IMG/VR virus record: IMGVR_UViG_3300025141_000064
Length of the DNA stretch: 64,000 nucleotides
DNA from: an uncultured virus (IMG/VR IMGVR_UViG_3300025141_000064)
Lineage: Duplodnaviria > Heunggongvirae > Uroviricota > Caudoviricetes
Reading direction: 5' to 3' (one strand)
Part shown: piece by piece, positions 17,940-27,400 of the stretch
How the letters are laid out: every line of letters starts with the position of its first letter
Position numbering within the stretch: the stretch's first letter is position 1
Translations under genes and position numbers: made by a program
Notes under the pieces: generated by a model
Told to the model about the DNA's origin: nothing
Databases searched by the model: none
Seen by the model: the letters and a program-made list of their open reading frames with translations, nothing else

Positions 17940-19015
17940 AGTATTTTGATTAGCTTCTTGATTACGCTCTTCGGATTAAACTCCTTCGCCATCCAGTTGA
18001 TCTGCTGTTTATTTATTCCGAGCCGATGTTTGAATACATCTCTAAGGTGGGTGACTGCTTGATTGATGTTCGGCTGCGCCCACTTCTGGTCTTTACTGTA
18101 TGCTCTTATCCAACCCATTCCCGACACAGGTATCATCTTGTAGTTTATCAGTCGATGATTTCCTTTTTTTAAGAAATCCATCTGACCCCCATAGCTTGTC
18201 ATAATTACTGGCTTACCTCTACCTGCTGCATCGAACGCTGGTAGACCCCAACCCTCTGACTTACACATGGAGAAGAAGCAATCACCGACATTATGGAGTG
18301 CTTCCATTTCCTCTTGCCGCAACTCATCAAGAACCAACACCACCTTTGGCACATCTTCGTATGATGAAACAATATCACCGACCATCCTTCGTATCTCATT
18401 CTTCTGCCCCTCTGAAAAGTCAGAAGCAAAGGTCTTCACCAATAGAGCAACCTTATCTGTGGATTTGAACGCCTCAACGTATGACCGTATGGCATCATGT
18501 ATTCCTTTCCTATTATGCCATTGCCCGATGGTGTAGAACACATAATCCTCTGGCTCAATTCCCGACACCTTACAGGTAATGGTCGGTGCTGGTTTAAGTA
18601 TGTGTGGTATAACAGATATTGGTCTGGTCACTCCGCACTTTTTGAATACGCTGGCGTTCCATTCACATGGAACCACTACACGATGGACTTGGTTCATCAT
18701 CTTAACCCAGTTGTCAGGAACCTTGTCGGTCTCCCATACGGTCATGCCAATAATCTTCTTCCCTCTGTTGGCGCGTGCTTTCTCTCCCCAATTAGTTGGG
18801 GTTGAGTGTACTATCACGGTATCGTAATCGAGTGGGCGATACAGGCTTTTGATGACCTTTGACCTGTCGCCCGTTTCCTGCTCTCCGAAGTTGTCGAATT
18901 TCAGAGGCTCATACATTACGGGTATTCCATAATTATGGAGACCGATTATGTAGTCTTTTCCTGCCTCTGCGTAGCCACTATTGCCCGTTGGTGATATGTA
19001 TTTAACCCCTTTCAA
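17936..19015 (-). CDS. GT4-family glycosyltransferase
   Basis: SGYA, WET, RKG, SEGWGLPAFDAAGRGKPVI. Confidence 0.9.
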   Translation of the reverse strand: MKGVKYISPTGNSGYAEAGKDYIIGLHNYGIPVMYEPLKFDNFGEQETGDRSKVIKSLYRPLDYDTVIVHSTPTNWGEKARANRGKKIIGMTVWETDKVPDNWVKMMNQVHRVVVPCEWNASVFKKCGVTRPISVIPHILKPAPTITCKVSGIEPEDYVFYTIGQWHNRKGIHDAIRSYVEAFKSTDKVALLVKTFASDFSEGQKNEIRRMVGDIVSSYEDVPKVVLVLDELRQEEMEALHNVGDCFFSMCKSEGWGLPAFDAAGRGKPVIMTSYGGQMDFLKKGNHRLINYKMIPVSGMGWIRAYSKDQKWAQPNINQAVTHLRDVFKHRLGINKQQINWMAKEFNPKSVIKKLIKIL

Positions 19016-19868
19016 GTTCTAACTTTCCTTCTACAACCGTTCCACCCACCGAAAGTAAGGTTAATATTCTATGTTCTACCTGTTTAACCGATATTTCTTG
19101 TAGCGCAGCACACACTTTACCACACGTACCATGAAGTTTTTTTCTATGTCCATATCCACAGTCCATGCAACTCCACCCAACTGGCATAACTCCTTTGACG
19201 CTCGTTCCGCTAAACAATCTATTCGAGTGTATCTGTGATGTGATTGCTACCGTAGGAACTCCGTACATTCCTGATAAATGAGGGAGACCACTATCATTTC
19301 CCACAACACACTTAGCCTTGAGTACCGTATCAATAACCTGATCGTGATTTTTGTTAATCATGGTTCTTGATTTGAACATGGAGTAGTCCAGTTTCTCTCC
19401 TGATTTATCCGATGGGGTTCCCATCACCACCACATCATATCCTTTATCAAGTAGTCTCTGTTCAAGCAGCGCCCAATGGTCTGTGTTCCAATTTCTACCC
19501 TTCCAATGTGTGTATGGGTTGAGGATTATGTGATTTCCAGCGCGAGATGCAGAGTAGGTGCGTCTTAATCTTGGTGGTTGGATGTGCATACCGATAGGAA
19601 CCGCCTTTGCATACCATTGCTTTCGGTTGTGCATCTCGGAAAGCTGCTTGTTGTAGTTGTGGTTCAGGTCGTAAACAACCCCTTCGTAGGGAAGAAACTC
19701 GCTGTATGGGCGTATAGAAATTCCTTCTACATCCATTAACCAATGAGGCTGGTGTGTGAAATACACCACCTTCTTGTTCGGGAACTTGTGTTTAATGCTT
19801 TGTGCTACATACGCCCCACACACCGCGTCTCCTATCCCTCCTGCCGAGTTCCGTATGGCTATGTCCAC
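19002..19868 (-). CDS. GT9-family (ADP-heptose heptosyltransferase-like) glycosyltransferase with Cys4 motif
   Basis: GGIGD, R.W...W..L, VGNDSGLPHLSG..GVPT, then CMDC...C...C. Confidence 0.88.
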   Translation of the reverse strand: MDIAIRNSAGGIGDAVCGAYVAQSIKHKFPNKKVVYFTHQPHWLMDVEGISIRPYSEFLPYEGVVYDLNHNYNKQLSEMHNRKQWYAKAVPIGMHIQPPRLRRTYSASRAGNHIILNPYTHWKGRNWNTDHWALLEQRLLDKGYDVVVMGTPSDKSGEKLDYSMFKSRTMINKNHDQVIDTVLKAKCVVGNDSGLPHLSGMYGVPTVAITSQIHSNRLFSGTSVKGVMPVGWSCMDCGYGHRKKLHGTCGKVCAALQEISVKQVEHRILTLLSVGGTVVEGKLELERG

Positions 19869-20428
19869 TACACCACAACGTTACCAGTAACAAATCCAAC
19901 CGCAGGTACACCAGTAAGGTCTACTCTTGGGTCTGCTGGTGGAGGGGAAAGTATCTCAAACCAACCGCTTTGTATCGGTATCGTTCCGTTCAACGTTGCT
20001 GAAACAACAGTAATAACGAAGTCGCTTGCGTTACCAAGAAAACCTATCGTGAAGTCTCCAACTATATCGTATGAAGATGGTATTCCTGCAAAAGAAACTT
20101 TGCTTAAAGTTCCGCTTACAGTATAGACGTTCCCTTCTGTTTCGATAGGAGCGGCTAACCAATTCCATCCAAGAATAGCTGTTGGATTGAAGCCACCTGT
20201 ACCAACGCCACTTCCGCTTCCGCTTCCGCTTCCATCGGTGTCTGCTTCTGGGTGGTGAGCCTCTATCATGTCTATTACCTCATTCAGTTGTTTGAGGTTT
20301 ACTGCTTCGTCAAGTTTAACTGCGTCAAGTATTCCCCCAAGTCTTAGAGGAACCGTTCGTGATGGAGTTCGTCCCATCAATACTGTTGCCAGTACAATAC
20401 GTCCTTTTTTTATCAATTCTCCTAACAT
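19868..20428 (-). CDS. Putative virion protein with (GS)4 tract
   Basis: DEAVNLKQL fibre-type motif, DGSGSGSGSG, beta-rich C-terminal domain. Confidence 0.55.
   Translation of the reverse strand: MLGELIKKGRIVLATVLMGRTPSRTVPLRLGGILDAVKLDEAVNLKQLNEVIDMIEAHHPEADTDGSGSGSGSGVGTGGFNPTAILGWNWLAAPIETEGNVYTVSGTLSKVSFAGIPSSYDIVGDFTIGFLGNASDFVITVVSATLNGTIPIQSGWFEILSPPPADPRVDLTGVPAVGFVTGNVVV
20207..20233 (-). repeat. Gly-Ser tract (GS)4G
   Basis: Hexamer repeats in frame. Confidence 0.9.
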
Positions 20429-20438
20429 GGTTGTTTCT

Positions 20439-21185
20439 TTATTTGGTAAATTTCCTTTTTTGTGTCCACACTTCCAAAGCCCCAGTCGTTAAACCTGATG
20501 TTTGGTCTAATTTGACCTCCACTTTTATGGGTGATGGAGCGTCTATCACCAGCCGTTGCATCTGCATTGACTGGGTAAGCTGTTGTTCATTCTCTCCGAC
20601 CTTTATATATGCGCCTACACCAAAGTCTGATGGGTAGTAGTAGTAAATTTCTTGTAGCCAAGCGTACCTACCTTCTTCATTGTCAACCACAAAATCAACA
20701 TTACCCTCATTAACGGCTCTATAATCAAACTCTTCATACTTGTAGTCGCTTGTGTCTTCTGGCAATTCTCTTGGAGCGCCAATCAAACCATCCCTTCCTT
20801 TAACAAGCACATCTCCCTCGTCCATTGCTGGTAGGAACGCCTCAAACTCTGTTGGTTTAGGTTTCCCATCATACCACCCGACCAGAGGGCTGTCTTGCAT
20901 ACCCTTAAATACATCTGGCTCAAGTGCTGATAGTCTTTCAACGTCCTCAATCCTACGCTTCATATCAGCCGTAGCCCGTTGTACGAATTGCTCCTTATCT
21001 TCCTCGCTTAACACGTTATCGGAAACCCTCCTGTTAAGGTCAATAATCTTTTTATTGATGGGTTCAAGGTCAACCGTTGGGGCTTCCAGTTTCGATAGTT
21101 CTGGCGCAAGCACGTTAAGCCGCTTTCTTATGGCGGCTACCTCGATGAATAGGTTTTGTATCTGTTTATCGTACATTATGGACAA
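20439..21185 (-). CDS. Hypothetical coiled-coil protein, probably structural
   Basis: N-terminal coiled coil; lies within the virion operon. Confidence 0.55.
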   Translation of the reverse strand: MSIMYDKQIQNLFIEVAAIRKRLNVLAPELSKLEAPTVDLEPINKKIIDLNRRVSDNVLSEEDKEQFVQRATADMKRRIEDVERLSALEPDVFKGMQDSPLVGWYDGKPKPTEFEAFLPAMDEGDVLVKGRDGLIGAPRELPEDTSDYKYEEFDYRAVNEGNVDFVVDNEEGRYAWLQEIYYYYPSDFGVGAYIKVGENEQQLTQSMQMQRLVIDAPSPIKVEVKLDQTSGLTTGALEVWTQKRKFTK

Positions 21186-22669
21186 ATTCCGTTAGCTGTT
21201 CCAGCAGACACACCAAGCCCACCTACTACCATAGTTACTGGCGCACCACTAAACGAGCAGTAATCACACGCGCCTATTGTTATGACAAGATTAAAAGCAT
21301 ACCTATCTGTTGGGTCAATGTGTGCCATTATTATCGAAGTAGAGCCTGTTGGTAGAAGAACTGTGCCGCTTAGATTTGTCATAGCCCCACCATCAACGGG
21401 TGTTACAGAGAGCGCGTAAGCATCCCAGTTGTGTATCGTGTTGTTCTCAATGACAAGGTTGTTCGTCCCGTCAATATGGAAGTCTACACTAAACACTCCT
21501 ACTGGGGAAATACATATTGTGTCAGCACAGTCCGTACATGCCGTGAGTGTGGCTGGGAATACTTCGGCTGTTAGGGCTGGTGATGCTGTGATTTCGGCTG
21601 TCGTAAATTCGGTAAGCTGGTAACATCCACCTGCTGTAAGGGTTGTCTTAATGACATCGCCAACATTTAGTGTTGCTACTGGTGTTTCTGCTGTTTCTGG
21701 TTCAGCTATGAACGCATTGATAACCATAGTGTCGGTTATTTCGGCACAGTTGGTGAACAAAGCATTAAGTATATCTCCGCTTCCCGAACCACCACCTGCG
21801 TCAACCTCTGCACACGCACCGTCTAATGACACTAATGTAACTGTTGTGTCTCCACCCTCCACTGTGACGTTCAATACCTTCAAGCACCACACGCAGCCTG
21901 ACAGCCCATCTGTGGCTCGGATTAAGATATCAACAAGTACGTCTTTATGGAAAGGGGAGATAACTATGATATTCGTATTCACTACATTAACCTCTACTGT
22001 TTCTTCGGCAGGGTCGCCAACCAAATTAGTGGTCATGACCATATTCCAATTACTCACATGCGGCATGGTAAATGTTACCTGTACTGCATCATCAGCAGAA
22101 GAACCCATTGGAAGGGTGGTGACACAAGCGCCACTTCCTGAACCGCTACCACTACCACTTCCTGAACCACTACCACTTCCTGAACCACTACCACTTCCTG
22201 AACCGCTACCAGTTTGTACGTTCAGTTCAGGTGGTGGGTACTCATAGTTTCTTTTGGTAGGCTTCTTCTTCGGTCTTCCTTTGCCAGAAATCTTATCGAC
22301 CTCTCTCTCTATACACTTCAACTGCTCCTTTGATAGCCACCTACGGAACCTGTCGGTGTCAAGAACTCCTTGCCCTGCTGACATGAGGATGAAGTCTATC
22401 CAATCAACACAGCATGGTTGTAGATTAAGTAGGTCAAGGGCTGATAATTGCTTCGCCTGTCTTGGCAGGGCTTTGAATACCTCTTCATTTGAGTAGGCTC
22501 CTGACCCATCAGGCTTCGATGGTACTGTACCACCAGACTTCTTTGGTTGAATGTCGGTCTGAAATGTCAACTGCCCAAAGTCAGCATCTCCTTTCGGAGC
22601 GGCTGGCGATTCGGATGGTGTAGCGCCAATGTCGGGTACTGCTGGGGTTATGGGAACTTTCGGAGACAT
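21176..22669 (-). CDS. Putative virion surface protein with long Gly-Ser tract, Cys/Thr-rich
   Basis: (GS)13G, a second GGGSGSG, beta-rich domains. Confidence 0.6.
   Translation of the reverse strand: MSPKVPITPAVPDIGATPSESPAAPKGDADFGQLTFQTDIQPKKSGGTVPSKPDGSGAYSNEEVFKALPRQAKQLSALDLLNLQPCCVDWIDFILMSAGQGVLDTDRFRRWLSKEQLKCIEREVDKISGKGRPKKKPTKRNYEYPPPELNVQTGSGSGSGSGSGSGSGSGSGSGSGSGSGACVTTLPMGSSADDAVQVTFTMPHVSNWNMVMTTNLVGDPAEETVEVNVVNTNIIVISPFHKDVLVDILIRATDGLSGCVWCLKVLNVTVEGGDTTVTLVSLDGACAEVDAGGGSGSGDILNALFTNCAEITDTMVINAFIAEPETAETPVATLNVGDVIKTTLTAGGCYQLTEFTTAEITASPALTAEVFPATLTACTDCADTICISPVGVFSVDFHIDGTNNLVIENNTIHNWDAYALSVTPVDGGAMTNLSGTVLLPTGSTSIIMAHIDPTDRYAFNLVITIGACDYCSFSGAPVTMVVGGLGVSAGTANGICP
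22130..22210 (-). repeat. Gly-Ser tract (GS)13G built largely from an 18-bp unit
   Basis: Repeated CCACTTCCTGAACC(A/G)CTA with mixed synonymous codons. Confidence 0.95.
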
Positions 22670-24405
22670 TAGCAGGTGCAGATTTGGGTAATCTTATCAT
22701 AAATAAGTATCACAGCGTCCCAATCATCCTGATCTAATGCCTCTTCCAGCGCGGTAAGAAGGAAGATGAACTTCACCATGTCCATGAGTTCCTTGTTCTT
22801 ACACAGGTCGTCAAGGTTACAGTTGAGTTCACATAGGATTTCGTGCATGTTATTGGCGAAGCAATCCTCAATCGAACATGAAGAAAGAACCAACTTCGTA
22901 GCGCAGTATTTACCAGAGTAATCGCCTATCTGCGCCTCTGTTATCGGTGTCCAATCGTCTGCGTTGGTGTTTGGTGTCTGCCCTTGATTGTTTGTTATCG
23001 CTCCGTAAAGCTGGTCGTTCCAGTAAACAACATCATCGTTGTCCTGATACGATGCCGACACGTTCCATGTAGGGACATTGCATAACACGACCTGATATAT
23101 GCCGCCATCGGTCACATCATGGAAGAACTGTACCACTCCTGACTGTAACGCAGGTATCAACTCGTCTGCGCCAGCGATGGACGATAGCACATAAACCCCT
23201 CCCGTTTGCAGGTGTGTAATGGTTATCGTTCTGTATTTGGTGAACGCCCCCATTGAGTGACCGCTTTCGGTAAAGCCGCCTGAATTATCAATGACCGTTA
23301 TCTGTTCACAGTCATCATCAATTACTACGGTGGAATTTCCTGCGTTGTCCTCAAGTAGCGTTTCGTAACCACCCTCTTCCTCATCACACTCATAGCTTAT
23401 GCTGACCGCTACGGTTATCTGGCAGGTAAGTGTCTCGCCTCCTGCTCCTGCGTATGTTGCGGTGAACGTGAGGTCTCCACAAGGGGTCTCCCCACAGGTT
23501 TGGAAGTTGGTAAGGTCGTAGTCGAAGCTGACGTTAAGCATCTCGCTTCCTGCCAATACTGTTGGGTCAGAAGGTACTACCACGTATGGACACCCAGAAA
23601 CCCCAGAAAGTGTAACCTCGTAACTTTGGTTGTTTATTATTGACAGGGTAAACGCTCCCGTATCGCCAGCGTTCTTATTGATTGATACCGCGAGAGGGTT
23701 TATGTCAATCGGACACTCGAACTCTGGGCAGGAATTTGTAACGTAGACTGGTATTCTTGCCTCACATATACCGTCCTCCCTTCCGAACAAACTTATCTCA
23801 CAGGCGAGTAGGTCGTCTCCGCAATCTGTAAAAGTTGAAAGGTCGAATGTAACGCTGAACGCACCGCCACTACGGTCAGGAACTATGGCGCCATTATCAT
23901 AGTCGGTGATGTATGGGCAGTTGTTTATATCCAGCCAATAGGTTATCTGCGTGTCGGGAATGAACGCTATTATCGCATCCCAAGTCGTTGGGTCTTGCTT
24001 GTCAATCCAAATGGCTTCGGGCATGGTCTGAAAGCACTCATGCTTCCAGTCATTCGTATCGCAGATAGTCCAAATGTAAACTGGTATGGTAATGGTGTCT
24101 TCGCACCCGTCTTCGGTGGAGGTAATGGTTACTTCTCCACAAAGTTGGATGCCCCTACAGTCGTCAGAATACCCGTTTGTATCGTAGGAAATATCAATGT
24201 CAACATATAATGGGTGTTGTGGTACTGTAACTGTACCTGCTGCGACCTGTTGGTAAGCGCAGGTCGTTGATACGCTTATATCTATATCTGCACCAGTAGA
24301 GTTATGCGAAACACGCACGATTGACGACCCTGTATTTGAGGTCGCTGATCTCTGAATTACTATGAACTCGGACTGAACTTGTAGACTACATAGTGTCTGT
24401 GACAT
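22669..24405 (-). CDS. Putative virion surface protein: three Cys-patterned beta repeats plus a CBM5/12-like motif
   Basis: 28 Cys counted; WNVSASYQDNDDVVYWNDQLY...P.....W motif. Confidence 0.6.
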   Translation of the reverse strand: MSQTLCSLQVQSEFIVIQRSATSNTGSSIVRVSHNSTGADIDISVSTTCAYQQVAAGTVTVPQHPLYVDIDISYDTNGYSDDCRGIQLCGEVTITSTEDGCEDTITIPVYIWTICDTNDWKHECFQTMPEAIWIDKQDPTTWDAIIAFIPDTQITYWLDINNCPYITDYDNGAIVPDRSGGAFSVTFDLSTFTDCGDDLLACEISLFGREDGICEARIPVYVTNSCPEFECPIDINPLAVSINKNAGDTGAFTLSIINNQSYEVTLSGVSGCPYVVVPSDPTVLAGSEMLNVSFDYDLTNFQTCGETPCGDLTFTATYAGAGGETLTCQITVAVSISYECDEEEGGYETLLEDNAGNSTVVIDDDCEQITVIDNSGGFTESGHSMGAFTKYRTITITHLQTGGVYVLSSIAGADELIPALQSGVVQFFHDVTDGGIYQVVLCNVPTWNVSASYQDNDDVVYWNDQLYGAITNNQGQTPNTNADDWTPITEAQIGDYSGKYCATKLVLSSCSIEDCFANNMHEILCELNCNLDDLCKNKELMDMVKFIFLLTALEEALDQDDWDAVILIYDKITQICTC

Positions 24406-24429
24406 TGCTTTGGGTATTTTGTAAAGTTA

Positions 24430-27400
24430 TTACTTTTTGCGCTTCTTCTTTCCCTGCTTGAGTGTCAGTATCTTAACCACATCATCCAGCCCTAAAAGCT
24501 GCATCACCCTCTCGTCATTCAGGTGAGAGTATATGAGTGTTTTCGGGCTGACCCTGTAGCGGTGATACCCTGCCTCATCATCAGCAGCTACGGATTTATC
24601 ATCCGAAAGAGACCTGTACTCTTGGAAGTTATTGTACCAGCTCTCACTTTCAAACGCTATCGCCTCAAACGCATTTTCCCTGTAGTAGTCTGCAAATGCT
24701 TCCATTGTTCCCTCCTTATCCTCTACATCACCCATCAAACCACTAACAACTTTATAGAGAAGGGACTTGGGATCCGCCAACTGTTGAGATGTTTTCATCA
24801 TGTTCCCAATAGCTGCTTTCAGTTTGTGTATCTCATTGGAACCCCGTTGAGAATGTATCATGTAGTGCGTGAGAAGTTCAGCTTTCCTCTTGGAGCCTGT
24901 TGTTATTTTATATGTTTCATAGTCGATGGCTCCCAGACTGTCACGATAATCATTATACAGTCTGCTCATCTCATCTGTAATATCAAACATATCTCGCGTG
25001 TATGAAGACCGCGTTCCCGTAGCCTCTCTTGCGAACATCGTCTTAATAATAGGAAGGCCTTGAACCCACTCTTTTGTGGTGGTGGGGTTCTTTTCAAACA
25101 CTCCTAATCCCTGCAACGCCTTGTCTCCCATATCAATAACGTTGTAGAAACCTCCACCAAGAAGCGCGTATGTTACTGCGTCAAGTCTCTTTGGAGAAAC
25201 GCCACCATAGTTCTCATTGATGCCCACCCACTCCGACATCTTACCCATTTTTTTGAATATCTGTGGAGTGTCAGCATCATACCTCCTATACATACTGATG
25301 CCCTGCATGTATGTTGGTTCAACTGCTCTTCCAGTCCAGTCGTTCCAGTTGTTCATAATAGCAGTAGCCTTGGATGTCTGTGGAGCGTTGCTCTTGATGG
25401 AAGTGAATGTTCCTAAGTTCTCCTTCACAATTTCCCCTAAAAGCACATCCATCAGTCTTGGGTCATTACCTTGTGTGTAGTCAAGCCCAGCTTCGATTGT
25501 TGTTCCGAAGTCCATGCCGAAAGAGCCTTTCGGAAGCTTCGCCATTGCGTTTAGGTGTGGAATCCAAATCCTCCAATAGTGCAGCTTCTCATGTATACTG
25601 GCTCTGTCCCATTCTTTTTTGACGCGACCGTCATCATAACCCATCATGTCATCATAGAAAAGGTTATGTAATGCCCAGTTACCAGCAGACATCATGGCAA
25701 TTATCCCTCCAAGCTTAGCGGTTTTAATCGCTCTTTCTTTTGTGGAAACTGTTTTAACAGTTTCGTATGTGTGTTGTAGGTTCGCGTTAATGAATGGGGT
25801 CATTACCGACATCCATTTTATCATTTGCATGCTACCTGATTGCCCGTAATCCGCCCCACCGAACCTGCTTTCTTTCAGCGCTAAGTTGTGGTCGCCCGTT
25901 TTGTTATAGGCATTGGTGTATAAAGCCAGTCGGGTTGAGGTCTCTGATATTGTTGTTACGGCTGACAAGAAATTTCCGAACGCACCAATGGTATTATTGC
26001 CAGCCTTGCTCATATACGCATTGAACCTACTGACCCTTCTATTGTACTCCCTTATCTGGTGCGCTGGTAGCCCACCCTTTATCTGTTCGTGAAGAAGAAC
26101 AACGCTGTGTTCTTTCTGCTTTGGGCTATACAGATTTTCTTTTGCGGTAAGTATCTCGTTCATGGTTGACATGGCTGCCCCTGACGCATACCAGTTATCA
26201 ATAACCTCTTTGGTCTTGGCGCTTTCCCTACCTGCTTGTGCCTGTATCGCCATCAGAACTCCGCGTGCCGTGTTCAATGGATTGATAATGGGGTTGTAGC
26301 CATGCTCACTATAAAATGAAGACGAAACTTGGTCGCGTGTAAAGTTTTTAATCGCAAACTCTGGGTTATACGTTATCGCTCCTTTTTGAAGTACGCGAAC
26401 AGGGAGATGTAATAACTTCATGCTCCAATCGGGAGCAAGGGACATCGCATCAAATTCCTTTGAGTATTCTTCTGGTATCTGGTAGTATTCCTTCTTCCCG
26501 TCTCTCCATATCTCTACCGTATGGTCTCCTGCTCCACGAACCTTTGTCGCTCCATGACGGACATTGAACAGCGCATCGACCACCGCTCGTTTCTTATTGT
26601 TCACATCCACCTTAACGAGCATGTCGTGTGTGTGGTCGTATAGGCTGGCAACAGGACTTTCAAGTGCGCGAGAAACTGCACCTGCCTCAAACCCTTTTGT
26701 GGTCTCAAGGTTTCTTTTCTTTACGCTTGTGCCGACCTTGCCAACTCTCCTGCCTCCTATTCTGTCCCAGCTATCGAAATGTCTTTTCATTGGGAAATAG
26801 AACTCACTATCTCTTCGCATACCAGAAATCTGTTCGGTGGTAAGAATACCTCCCTCCCTTGCGTATTCCAATAGAGCATTATTGTAGTCGATTAGGTCGG
26901 TCTTTAGGTCGTTGATTATATCATTCCCGAAGTCTCTTCTGAACGCATCAAGACCATCCTCAACCTCCTTAATGTTGTTGTTGATTGCCTTATCCTTATA
27001 GGTCATTCTACGCTTGAGCGCTGGCTTCTTCTTTTTGAAGTCCAGTATGACCGCTCTCCTTTTAGCAATCTCCATCGCTCCGACACCAACTATTTTACCG
27101 TCAGCATTGGTGTGCATCTCCAACCACGCTGAAGCTTTCTGTGCTTTGGACTGTAAATCCATGAACTCCGTCTTGGCTTCTTTGGAAATCCTATGAAGGT
27201 CAACCGCACGATGGTAAGCCAGTATCAGGTCTGTTCCCTGAATACCTATCTTATCCATTGCTGGCTCAAGTATCTTGGTCAACGGCTTCACATTATGAAG
27301 AATTTGTATATGCTTCTTTCCGTACGCGTCAACGTGGGTAAGGAATGGGTTTCTATTCACCCATTGGTTGACCTTGCCAGAAATCCCCCTTGATGACAGA

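Noticed and set aside
22130..22210. Tandem repeat as a CRISPR array
   Set aside because: No spacers; it is an in-frame Gly-Ser coding repeat, and no cas genes are present
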